Origin: an uncultured bacterium
GTDB taxonomy: Bacteria; Verrucomicrobiota; Verrucomicrobiia; Limisphaerales; UBA8199
Assembly (NCBI GenBank): GCA_963749495.1
Contig: CAVVMW010000023.1
Coordinates: 1-64,000, forward strand
Reading direction: 5' to 3'
Length of the DNA stretch: 64,000 nt
Shown: one piece after another, positions 20,666 through 29,709 of the stretch
Layout of the letters: each line of letters begins with the position of its first letter
How positions within the stretch are numbered: position 1 is the first letter of the stretch
The notes under the pieces: generated by a model
Databases searched by the model: none
Seen by the model: the letters and a program-made list of their open reading frames with translations, nothing else
What the model was told of the DNA's origin: nothing
Program-made: the position numbers and the translations under genes

Positions 20666-21071
20666 ATGACTATGAAAATGACGTTTGAGAAACTGCAAAG
20701 CCGATCCAGGCCAATGAGAATTGGGCTGAGCTGCGCGAGTGCGGCAGCCGCAACAATGCTGGCGGCGGGTTGCGCTGTGCGGGTGACGCCGTACGGAGTG
20801 GTTGCTGTTCCCGCAGGGCCACCGCCGCCACTGGTTGTCGCACCGGCCCCCGTTGCGCCAGCCCCCGTCTTCGCCCCGGAGTACTACGTCTGGGATGGGT
20901 ACGAATATGTCGGTTGGTACAATGGACAGGTACTTGTACTGGAGCGGCGGCGTTTGGCTGGCCTGTCCTGAGGTAGTTCTGGGCCGGTTCCATGGCTGGG
21001 AGAGATACCATCCGGATTGGCGTCGAAGCGCGAGACGCTGGGAGCGTGGTCATCGTGAGCCGTACCGATGA
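20666..21071 (+). CDS. Small Pro/Trp-rich lipoprotein (frameshift near 20930)
   Basis: Lipobox-like LAAGC, a Pro-rich linker, then YYVWDGYEYVGW / YLYWSGGVW...FHGWERYHPDWR. Confidence 0.65.
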
Positions 21072-21206
21072 GGGGGGCAGCGTGCGGGCGAGGGAAGGGG
21101 TCGGCTCAGCCAAATCAAGCCGCTTGCCTGGCTTCGGCTCGGGCTGAGCGGACGCGTTCCAGAGCCAGATCACCAATGAGATGAACCACCTCGTCCTCGG
21201 AGAGCT

Positions 21207-21406
21207 AGTACCACCACGGTGAACGCCTAAGGATTGGAGCGCGGACTTCAGTCCGCTTATGGCGTCCGACGGCCGGGCTGGCGCGGGTCTTTTGCGAGGC
21301 CGGTCCTCCTTCTGCTTCTTTGAACTTTGAACACCTCAGCCAGATCAAGCGTGGGGTGGTGCTTGGGCCGTCTAAGCGGACTAAAGTCCGCGCTCCGGGT
21401 GGTACT
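21207..21406. repeat. Composite palindromic element: outer AGTACCACC/GGTGGTACT arms around a GGAG-tagged REP pair
   Basis: GGAGCGCGGACTTCAGTCCGCT (21236) ... AGCGGACTAAAGTCCGCGCTCC (to 21396). Confidence 0.75.
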
Positions 21407-21482
21407 GTCAAGGTGCGCCCAACTCCAGCCCCTGTCCAAAAACGGATTTGCGCGCGCGAAGGGGATTTGACAGATTGGGCCG

Positions 21483-22479
21483 ATGATTCTTGCAGGCGAT
21501 ATTGGCGGGACTTCGACGCGGCTGGCCCTATTCGAGCCCCGCGCCGTGCGCCCGGTGTCGGTGATCGAACAGACCTATCCGAGCGGGAAGTACTCTGGGG
21601 CTGGATGAGATCGCGCTGGGGTTCGTCGCGGCGCATCGAGGGAAGGTCGAGCGGGCCTGCTTCGGCATTGCCGGCCCGGTCCGGAACGGGCGCGTGACCA
21701 CGCCGAACCTGCCGTGGGTCGTGGATGCGGAATCCCTGGCGCGCGAGTTGCGCCTGGAATTGGGCGCGGTGCGGCTCATCAACGACCTGGAGGCCAACGC
21801 TTACGGCATCGCTGCGCTGGAGTCCGGCGACCTGGTTACGCTCAACGCGGGGGCGGCGGGGGCCGCCGGGAACCGGGCGGTGATCTCCGTGGGCACGGGT
21901 CTCGGGGAGGCCGGGTTGTTCTGGGACGGCACGAGCCACCGCCCGTTTGCGTGCGAGGGCGGGCACGCGGACTTCGCCCCGCGCGATGGAACCGAGACCG
22001 AGTTGCTCCTTTACCTGCGCTCGAAGTTCCGCGAGTTCGATCATGTCAGCTACGAACGCGTCCTGTCGGGCCCGGGTCTGCGCCAGATTTATGAGTTCCT
22101 GCGTGACACCGGGCGGGGCGAGGAGCCGGCCTGGCTGCGCCAGGCCCTGGGCCAGGCGAAAGACCCGACACCGGTAATCTCGAACGCGGGCCTGGAGGGC
22201 CGGTGTGAGTCGTGCGCGAAGGCCCTCGACCTGTTCGTCTCGTTTTACGGGGCCGAGGCGGGCAACCTGGCGCTCAAGGTTATGGCCACGGGCGGCGTCT
22301 ATGTTGGCGGGGGCATTGCTCCGCGCATTCTGCGCAAGCTCCAGGGCCCCCTTTTCCTGGCGGCGTTCACGGCCAAGGGCCGGATGCGCCCGCTCATGGA
22401 GGCCATGCCGGTCCATGTCATCACCAAAGAAACCACGGCCCTGCTCGGCGCCGCCTGCGCGGCGATGGCGGCGTGTTGA
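21483..22479 (+). CDS. glk: Glucokinase (frameshifted near 21590)
   Basis: MILAGDIGGT start; ACFGIAGPV, LINDLEA, GTGLG, EGGH, SYERVLSGPGL, GGVYVGGGI. Confidence 0.9.
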
Positions 22480-22671
22480 ATTGCCTCACTGGCTCCATCC
22501 GTGGCGCCTTTGTCGTTCCAGTGGCCATATATCCAGGCCAGGAACATAAACCAGATCCTTTCCGCACGCATCTGCGGAGCGGGGACGGCGCGGGAATCGC
22601 CTGCGAGGAAAAACGAGGGACAAAAGGGACAAAAGAGACACAAGCAACGTAAGGGACGCGAGCGCCCCCAC

Positions 22672-22806
22672 GTAGCGCAGGTTTCCAAACCTGCTGTATC
22701 GCGGGTTTCCAAACCCGCAGGCCGTCCGCAAACCGGGGGCGCTGGACATGCGGACGCCCTGCCGATTGGAAATCGGCGATACAGCAGGTTTGGAAACCTG
22801 CGCTAC
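22672..22806. repeat. GTAG-tagged palindromic REP/REPIN-like element (family A, copy 2)
   Basis: GTAGCGCAGGTTTCCAAACCTGC...GCAGGTTTGGAAACCTGCGCTAC. Confidence 0.85.
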
Positions 22807-22905
22807 GGCTTTGTCGACGGCCCTCTGCGAGCGCTCCGGGCGCCGGCGGATTAGCCTTGCGCGGGACGGCGGTTTGCCGGACCATCGAACCCGAAAGGCA
22901 AAATT

Positions 22906-23811
22906 ATGAGCACGTTCTCCTCTCGGACCCCATCTTCACTCGAGTCCGGATTGTCGCGTCGCGCGATGCTGCGCCGGTCTGCCCAGGCGGCGGCATGGCT
23001 GGCCGTGGCCGGCCCTTGCGCCCCGCTGTTTGCGGCGCCGGGCAGACGCCGCTACAAGCTGGGCGCCTGCGATTGGTCCATCGGCCAGATGGGCGAGCCT
23101 GCGGCATTCGAGGTGGCGCGGCAGATCGGGTTGGACGGCGTCCAGGTAAGCCTGGGCACGGCGGCGAACGACATGCGGCTGCGCCAGCCCGAGGTGCAGA
23201 AGCAATACAAAGAGGCCGCCCGCCGGGCGGGGCTCCAGCCCTCCTCGCTGGCCATCGGCGAACTGAACAGCATCCCCTATAAGAGCGACCCGCGCACCGT
23301 GCCCTGGGTGAGCGACAGCATCGATGTCGCCCGGGCGATGGGGGTGCGGGTGGTGCTGCTGGCGTTCTTCTCGAACGACGATCTGCGCGGCGACAAGCCG
23401 GGAGTGGACGAGGTCGTGAGGCGGCTCAAGGCCGTCGCGCCCAAGGCCGAGAAGGCGGGCGTGGCGCTGGGCATCGAGAGCTGGCTCAGCGCCCAGCAGC
23501 ACCTGGACATCATCGAACGGGTCGGCTCCCCGGCCGTCCAGGTCTATTACGATGTCTGCAACTCGAACGACATGGGCTACGACATCTACAGCGAAATCCG
23601 CAGGCTGGGCAAACGCATCTGCGAGTTTCACGCCAAGGAAAACGGCGCCCTGCTCGGCCAGGGCAAGGTCAATTTCAAGAAGGTCCGCGCCGCCATGGAC
23701 GACATCCAGTACAGCGGCTGGATCCAGATCGAAGGCGCCGTGCCGCCCGGCAAACCGATGCTCGAAAGCTACCAGGCCAACTGCAAGTTCATGCGCGGCA
23801 TCCTGGCTTGA
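22906..23811 (+). CDS. Sugar phosphate isomerase/epimerase (AP2-type TIM barrel), Tat signal
   Basis: SRRAML Tat motif; GLDGVQV, LGIESW, VYYDVCN, FHAKE, WIQIE. Confidence 0.85.
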   Translation: MSTFSSRTPSSLESGLSRRAMLRRSAQAAAWLAVAGPCAPLFAAPGRRRYKLGACDWSIGQMGEPAAFEVARQIGLDGVQVSLGTAANDMRLRQPEVQKQYKEAARRAGLQPSSLAIGELNSIPYKSDPRTVPWVSDSIDVARAMGVRVVLLAFFSNDDLRGDKPGVDEVVRRLKAVAPKAEKAGVALGIESWLSAQQHLDIIERVGSPAVQVYYDVCNSNDMGYDIYSEIRRLGKRICEFHAKENGALLGQGKVNFKKVRAAMDDIQYSGWIQIEGAVPPGKPMLESYQANCKFMRGILA

Positions 23812-23814
23812 GCC

Positions 23815-23925
23815 GAGGGGCGAGGGGCGAGGGGCGAAGGCCGAAATTAACCGCAAAGAACGCAGAGAACACAAAAGAGCCCGGAACCAAGGCGTTTCTC
23901 TGCGATCTTTGCGTTCTTTGCGGTT
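23815..23925. repeat. (GAGGGGC)n heptamers plus a 9-mer-based palindrome between convergent genes
   Basis: AACCGCAAAGAACGCAGAGA...TCTTTGCGTTCTTTGCGGTT; may act as a terminator. Confidence 0.7.
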
Positions 23926-23946
23926 AATTCAGCAACCGCCTCCAAG

Positions 23947-26712
23947 TCATAAAGCCAGTTGGAAGGTGCGGACTTTCCAGGGTTCGATCGGGAAGGCCAG
24001 CCGGTTTTGCTGGCGCGCGACGTCCCGGAGCTTGCGGCCCAGCAGGTCCGTTTCCACCGCGCTGCTCACCGGCAAGGCAACCTCGGCCGCCGCGTCAACG
24101 GCTTTGCCTTCATTCTCCAGGACGCGCAGTTCCCAGCCGTGGTCGGTCTTGCGGAAGGCGGAGAGCAGGAGGGTGTCGGGCTCTAGCTTAAGGAAGCTCT
24201 TTGAGGGCGGCAAGTCGCCGTCGCGGGGCGCCTGGATGCGGCACAGCAAGGGCTGAACAAAACCGGCGGCGGCACGGAGACGCGCCGCATTGGCCAGGGA
24301 CCCGAGCGGGTGCGGCATCAAGGCATGGCGGTATTCGGCATAGAGCGGCCAGCCGTATTCCTGGGTGAAGTTGGATTCCCACTCGCGCATGAGGAGGTTG
24401 CCCACGACCCCTTGTGCGTTGCGGGCAAACCACTGGGTCCCAGGGTGGAGCAGGAGCAATCCGAAATCCTCGCCCAGGAGATCGGCGAACGTCAGGGCGT
24501 GAAAGGCCGGCTTGGCCGTTGTTTCCACGGCCAGGGGGTAATCGCGCACGACCTCAGCGACGGCGAAGGCGGGCGTGAAGGACAGCCAATAGCCCGAGTC
24601 CAGGTCCAGCGGTCCGGTGCCGGTGAAGAGCGGCGGCACGCGGGCCAGGACGCGGCTGAGCACCTCGACGTAGGGCCGGCCGGCGGCCAGAGTGACACGG
24701 GTTTCGAAACTCAGGTACTTCCAGTGATGCCGCGCGCGCACCGTCGCCAGGAGCGGCCCTTTGGCCACCCAATCCAGGTCTGGCTTGGGCGGGGCCGGCT
24801 CCGTGGCGGGCGCCGCCCTCATGCCGAGTTGAGCCAGGGCGCTGCCCGGGCGCGCGGCCGCCGCGGCACTGTCGTAGTTGGCCGGCGGGGCCGGGTGCAG
24901 GGAAAGGTTCGGGTTGGGCTTGCCGGTAAACCGGGGGAAGGGCGAGCGCTGGCCGTCGATGGTTTCCCGCCCGGAGGCCTTGTGGATGAGGCTGGCGACG
25001 GCGCCTGTGACGGCGTCCAGCTCGACGCGCAGGAATTCATTCTCCATGCGGAGGTGGGATTCGTCGATGGCGAGGGCGGTTTTCACCGCGGGCGCAATGC
25101 GTGGCGCAGGCTCCAGATAGTAGGTGTCATAACCGGCAGCGGGCACGCCGGCCGCTGCGAAGGCCATCTCGGCCGCGATCAAGCGGCCTTGCGCGTCCAC
25201 CTCCGCCTGGACCACCTGCGAGGGCACCGCGCGGCCGGAACGGTCCGTGACGACAATGCCTTGCGTGCCTGCAGGCAGAGGATAGAGCTTGCCCGTCAGG
25301 ACGAGGTCCGTGCGGGCGGCGTCGTGCGGATTGAACACGATGGCGGCTTGCGGCCCTTGTTGGCCGGCCCGCGACTGGATGCGCCCGGCCAGGGCTTTGA
25401 GGCCGGCGTCCAGCACGGCTTGGCCTTGCTGTTGAGCCGAGTCGAGCAGGTTGTAGCCCAGGGCGCCCCAGGTGAAGTTGTGCTTGTCTTCCATCCGTTC
25501 CAGCGGCGCCATGCGGTCGCCCTGCCACCTCGAGTATTCGCACAAGCCCACGTCATGGCTCTGCGAGGCCAGCAGGTCTTTCCAGGCCCGCTCCAGCGCG
25601 CCGGCTTGCGAGGCGGCGCCGAGCGCGCAGGCCACGCCGTCAAAGAGTTCGGCCGCCAGGAGCAGACCCTCGACCTTGCGCGCGAGAAGGCGGACCTGGT
25701 CGCCGCCCAGGCCCCAGGTCAGCCACTTGCCGAAGGCCTCCATGGGCAAATAGACCGTCTGCTGCGGGTTGCCGCCGTATTGGTCCAGGTATTCCTTGAG
25801 GGTGACGAATTGGATTGAGTGCTTATCGGCCAGGGCGCGGAGCTTGCTCAATGTGCCCCAATCCGCCGGGTACTTGTAGGCGGGGTGCTCGGGGTCCTCC
25901 CAGCCGAACTCCTCCCAGCCGAAGACCAGCGGCGTGCCCAGGGCGGCGAGCTTCTTGAAGGCCGCGGACTCCGTCAGGTCCCGCGTGTCCACCGAAGGCG
26001 AGGCGAGCGCATGCCGGGGCACGCTGGGGATGGCCGTTCCATCCACGCCTTTCCAGGAGATGACGTTGTAGTCCAGGATGGGGATGCCCGTCCGGCCCCA
26101 GGTATCCAACTGCGCCAGGCTCGCGTAACGGTAGCCGGCGCCCACCGCAATCTGCGGCACCTGCGGGTGCGTGAACTCCTCCTCCTCCAGGAACGTCACC
26201 ATCTCGTAGCCCAGGGCCTGCCGAATTGCCTCCCGGCCCATGACCAGTTGGCGTATGTTGGACTCCCCGCTGACCGTGGTCCCCATCGGCTGGCCGTAAG
26301 TGCCGCCAATCAACTCCAGCTTGCCGGCTGCCAGGTAACCTCTGAGCCGGCCCGCCACCTCCGGGAATCTCTGGGCCATCAACTCGTACGCGCGCGCGTC
26401 CAGGTTAATGCAAGTCTTGACGTGCGGCGCCTGGTCGACGATTTCCATGGCGTCCACCACCGAGAGCACATCCGATTCAAGACCCAACTGCCAGCCGATG
26501 CCGGTGTAGCTCCAGTGGTTGCACAGCACGACGCAGAAGCCCTTGGCCCCGGCCTCCGCGCCCAGGGCCTTCCTCGCAAAAACCGGCCAGCCCAGCGCCA
26601 TCCCCAGACCCCCCAGGATGCCTGCCTCCAGGAACCGCCGGCGTGTCACCGCGCTGGGCGGGCCCGATTTCATCGCTGCCGTTGGGTCGTTTGCGTCGTT
26701 TTCGTTTTTCAT
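23947..26712 (-). CDS. GH38-like (alpha-mannosidase family) glycoside hydrolase, Tat signal
   Basis: TRRRFL; N-terminal NH-W, ELIGG, SGESNIRQL, SQSHD, FNP, ENEFL and a C-terminal GH38C-like region. Confidence 0.75.
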   Translation of the reverse strand: MKNENDANDPTAAMKSGPPSAVTRRRFLEAGILGGLGMALGWPVFARKALGAEAGAKGFCVVLCNHWSYTGIGWQLGLESDVLSVVDAMEIVDQAPHVKTCINLDARAYELMAQRFPEVAGRLRGYLAAGKLELIGGTYGQPMGTTVSGESNIRQLVMGREAIRQALGYEMVTFLEEEEFTHPQVPQIAVGAGYRYASLAQLDTWGRTGIPILDYNVISWKGVDGTAIPSVPRHALASPSVDTRDLTESAAFKKLAALGTPLVFGWEEFGWEDPEHPAYKYPADWGTLSKLRALADKHSIQFVTLKEYLDQYGGNPQQTVYLPMEAFGKWLTWGLGGDQVRLLARKVEGLLLAAELFDGVACALGAASQAGALERAWKDLLASQSHDVGLCEYSRWQGDRMAPLERMEDKHNFTWGALGYNLLDSAQQQGQAVLDAGLKALAGRIQSRAGQQGPQAAIVFNPHDAARTDLVLTGKLYPLPAGTQGIVVTDRSGRAVPSQVVQAEVDAQGRLIAAEMAFAAAGVPAAGYDTYYLEPAPRIAPAVKTALAIDESHLRMENEFLRVELDAVTGAVASLIHKASGRETIDGQRSPFPRFTGKPNPNLSLHPAPPANYDSAAAAARPGSALAQLGMRAAPATEPAPPKPDLDWVAKGPLLATVRARHHWKYLSFETRVTLAAGRPYVEVLSRVLARVPPLFTGTGPLDLDSGYWLSFTPAFAVAEVVRDYPLAVETTAKPAFHALTFADLLGEDFGLLLLHPGTQWFARNAQGVVGNLLMREWESNFTQEYGWPLYAEYRHALMPHPLGSLANAARLRAAAGFVQPLLCRIQAPRDGDLPPSKSFLKLEPDTLLLSAFRKTDHGWELRVLENEGKAVDAAAEVALPVSSAVETDLLGRKLRDVARQQNRLAFPIEPWKVRTFQLAL

Positions 26713-26800
26713 GATGCCTTTGCTTCCCGCGTGCCAAGCGCCTCTGGCGCGGGCGGCTCCCACAACCGTGCCGGAGTCCGGCATGGCTCGCATTTCCAGA

Positions 26801-27661
26801 TTATTCATTACGTGAAACAAGGAGGGCGAGCAAGGGCGCGATGAGGGCGCTGAGGAGGTCGAGCGCGGCGGCGCTCCAAAAGCGGCACGCCAGGGCGCCC
26901 GTTGCGAAGAGGAGGTTCGCCAGCACCCAGACGGCCAGCGGATGGCAGTCGGGGGGAGTCGTGCCCGGCCGCTTGTTGATGAGCGAGGTTGTGGCGCAGA
27001 GCAGCATCAGCAGGGCGGCCCCGGCCCGCGCGGGAAAGACGAGCCACGGCGTGCCGTACCATCCAAAGTCCAGCCTGCCCGGGAGACGCTGCGACCCGGG
27101 CGCCGGGAGCGAAGTGACGAATGGTTCGAGCGCCAAATCGAACACCAGCGCCAGCAGGACGGTCAGGCCGAGCACCGCAAGGCCATAGTTGGCCGAGCCC
27201 TGCCGTGGGCGCAGGAGCAGCCGCGCAACGCCGCGCGCTGTCAGCAGGGCCAGCAGGCACAGCACTGAGGCCCAGAACATCCATTCGATTGCCAGCCCTC
27301 CGGGTTGGAACGTACCGGCAAAAGGCCCCAACGGTGTCCCGGTCCAAACCCCGATGGCTTGCGCCAGGGCGGCCAGGGAGACGATCACCGCCGAACTCAG
27401 GGCCACGTTCTGCGCGGGCAGTTGGCGTGCCTGGGCCGCCAGCGTGCCCGCCGTAGCCAGGAGCACCAGCAGACCCTCCGGCCAGCGGGCGCCGCCCAAG
27501 GGGGGCTGCGGCAGCCAGGCCCGCACCCATACCAGCCCGAGGGCGGCCAGCAGGAGCGCCAAGCATAAGCGGTGTAGCAGTTGCGTGAAACGGTTTAGAA
27601 TGACGAATGACGAATGACGAATGACGAATGGCAAAATCCGATGCGTGTGCGGTTTCGTCAT
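26801..27661 (-). CDS. Membrane protein, carotenoid biosynthesis CruF/DUF422-like
   Basis: Multiple TM helices; GVWTGTPLGPF, FDLALEPF, WYGTPW. Confidence 0.55.
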   Translation of the reverse strand: MTKPHTHRILPFVIRHSSFVILNRFTQLLHRLCLALLLAALGLVWVRAWLPQPPLGGARWPEGLLVLLATAGTLAAQARQLPAQNVALSSAVIVSLAALAQAIGVWTGTPLGPFAGTFQPGGLAIEWMFWASVLCLLALLTARGVARLLLRPRQGSANYGLAVLGLTVLLALVFDLALEPFVTSLPAPGSQRLPGRLDFGWYGTPWLVFPARAGAALLMLLCATTSLINKRPGTTPPDCHPLAVWVLANLLFATGALACRFWSAAALDLLSALIAPLLALLVSRNE

Positions 27662-27690
27662 TCGTCATTCGTCATTCGTCATTCGTCATT
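27598..27690. repeat. Inverted pair of (GAATGAC)n/(TTCGTCA)n heptamer arrays
   Basis: Two opposed arrays of about 4-5 units around a ~24-bp spacer. Confidence 0.9.
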
Positions 27691-27701
27691 TGGCTACGGC
27701 G

Positions 27702-29315
27702 TCACCGGTTGGCCTCGGCCACCGGTGCGGGCAGGTTCATGCCGACGGCCCGTTCCAGCCGGGCGCGGGCCACCGAGTAATCGTGCAGGGCCTGGATCTC
27801 GGTAGTGCGGGCCTCGGTCAGGGCGGTTTGGGCGCTGAGCACGTCCAATTGGGTGCCGGTGCCGGCTTCGTAGCGGGACCTGGCCAGGCGCAGGGCCTCC
27901 TCGGCCTCCTCAACCACCTTTTTTTGGGAGTCCAGCACCTCCTGGGCTTCGATGAAGTTGGATTGCGCCGTGCGGACCTCCAACTCGATGCGCCGCCCGG
28001 TGTCGTCGAGGTCAATGCCCGCGCGCTCATAACGGGCGGTGGCCTCTTTGACGCGCCCCCGCGTGGAGAAGCCGTCGAAGAGGCTCCAATTCAATTGGAC
28101 GCCGGTGATCCAGCCATGGTCCTCCCAACTGAGGTCTGAATGGAGCAGGGAATTGTGGACATCGTAACCGGCGAAGGCCTCGACGGTGGGCTTGTAAAGG
28201 GCCTTGGCGCCGACGACTTCCTCGCCGCGCAGGGCGCGGGCTTTGCGCAGGGAGCCCAGTTCGGTGCGCCGTTCCAGCGCCAGGGCGATGGCGCGCTGCA
28301 GGTCCAACCGGTAAGGCTGCGCGTCCAGTTTGCCCGAGAGGTTGAGCGGAATGTCCTCGAGAGTCTCCCTGGGGACGCTGAACCCGAGCAGGTTGGCGAG
28401 GTTGTTCTTGGCGATGCGGAAGCTGTTGCGCGCGCGAATCAGGCGGGGCCGCGCATTGGCCAGTTCGACTTCAGCCCGGAGCACGTTGAAGCGGGGCACC
28501 GTCCCGGCGTCGAACCGCTGCTTGGTGTCGCCCAGTTCCCGCGTCAGCAACTCGACCGAGGCCTCCTGCACGGTGATCTGCTCCTGCGCCAGGAGCACGT
28601 CATAATAGGCAATCTCGACCTCCTGCACCGTATCGGCCACGCTCGTCTGGTAATTCAGCGCGGATTGCTCCTTGATCAATCGCGCTGTGCGCAGGGCCGA
28701 GAGGATGCGCCCCCCCTCGTAGATGGATTCACTGAGCCGGATCTGCGAGGTCCAATTCTGGTCGGAGCCGAACCTGATGCCGCTGGGGGCGCCGGGGAAG
28801 TTGGTGAAGTTGACCGAAATGACATCCACGTCCATGGGCTGGACTGCGTTGAAATTGCCGTTTACCGCCAGCCTGGGCAGGGCCACCGCGCGCGTCTGGA
28901 TGACCACGCCCTGCGCGGCCTCCACGTCCCGCTTGGCCCGGAGGATGTTCGGATTCTGCTGCAACGCGATGTTCACCGCGTCCGCCAGGGAGAGCGGCTG
29001 CGTGATGAACGCGCGCGGAGGGGAGACCGAATCGGTCTCCGCCGCGCCCGCCCGGCCGGCCAGACAGAGACTGAGCAGGGCCGCCAGCAGCGCCGCCGCC
29101 TGGCCCGCTCCCCCCTTTCCCGGAGGCCCTTGCGCCCCGGCGCCGGCCGCGGGTTCGGCGGCCTTGGGCTCCGGCGTCCCGGCCTGCTCACCCTCCTGGG
29201 GGCAGACGAACATGAACACGCTGCGCGCGCCCGACTCGCTGGTGCCCGTCAGGTCCATGTACATCTTCACCAGTTCCTGCTCTGCCTTTTCCTTGTCTTT
29301 GAGGTTGCCGTTCAT
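27702..29315 (-). CDS. TolC-family outer-membrane efflux protein with N-terminal extension
   Basis: LSLADAVNIALQQNP, AYYDVLLA, RFDAG...VLRAEVEL, RYEAGTGTQLDVLSAQ (two OEP repeats). Confidence 0.9.
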   Translation of the reverse strand: MNGNLKDKEKAEQELVKMYMDLTGTSESGARSVFMFVCPQEGEQAGTPEPKAAEPAAGAGAQGPPGKGGAGQAAALLAALLSLCLAGRAGAAETDSVSPPRAFITQPLSLADAVNIALQQNPNILRAKRDVEAAQGVVIQTRAVALPRLAVNGNFNAVQPMDVDVISVNFTNFPGAPSGIRFGSDQNWTSQIRLSESIYEGGRILSALRTARLIKEQSALNYQTSVADTVQEVEIAYYDVLLAQEQITVQEASVELLTRELGDTKQRFDAGTVPRFNVLRAEVELANARPRLIRARNSFRIAKNNLANLLGFSVPRETLEDIPLNLSGKLDAQPYRLDLQRAIALALERRTELGSLRKARALRGEEVVGAKALYKPTVEAFAGYDVHNSLLHSDLSWEDHGWITGVQLNWSLFDGFSTRGRVKEATARYERAGIDLDDTGRRIELEVRTAQSNFIEAQEVLDSQKKVVEEAEEALRLARSRYEAGTGTQLDVLSAQTALTEARTTEIQALHDYSVARARLERAVGMNLPAPVAEANR

Positions 29316-29709
29316 CGGAATTCGGCAATGGTGTACCACTTTTCAATGCCCCAGCACAAATACTTTTGGGCCCGGGACAGCAGAGGGGTGTGAGACAGAG
29401 TTCTTCTTGTACCTCCGGGTCGAAGCTCCCAGATCCGATCTGGGTCTTCCGTCCTTCGTTTCCTTCGTTTCCTTCTGTTCCTCTCCCGCATCCCGCCCGC
29501 CGGGCACAGGAACAGAACAGAAGGAAACCAAGCAAACGAAGAGGCGGCCTGATGCGGCGGCATCAACCGGGTCCGTGCCAGTTGGAATCTGGATTCCTGG
29601 ATGTCTTTGTGACGAAAGCCCCGCAGAATCCATCTCGTGAAGATTCTAGTCCTGCGCCCGGTTCGCCAGCGCGTCCACATTTGGCGCTTCGTCCCGATGC
29701 TCCGCGTTT

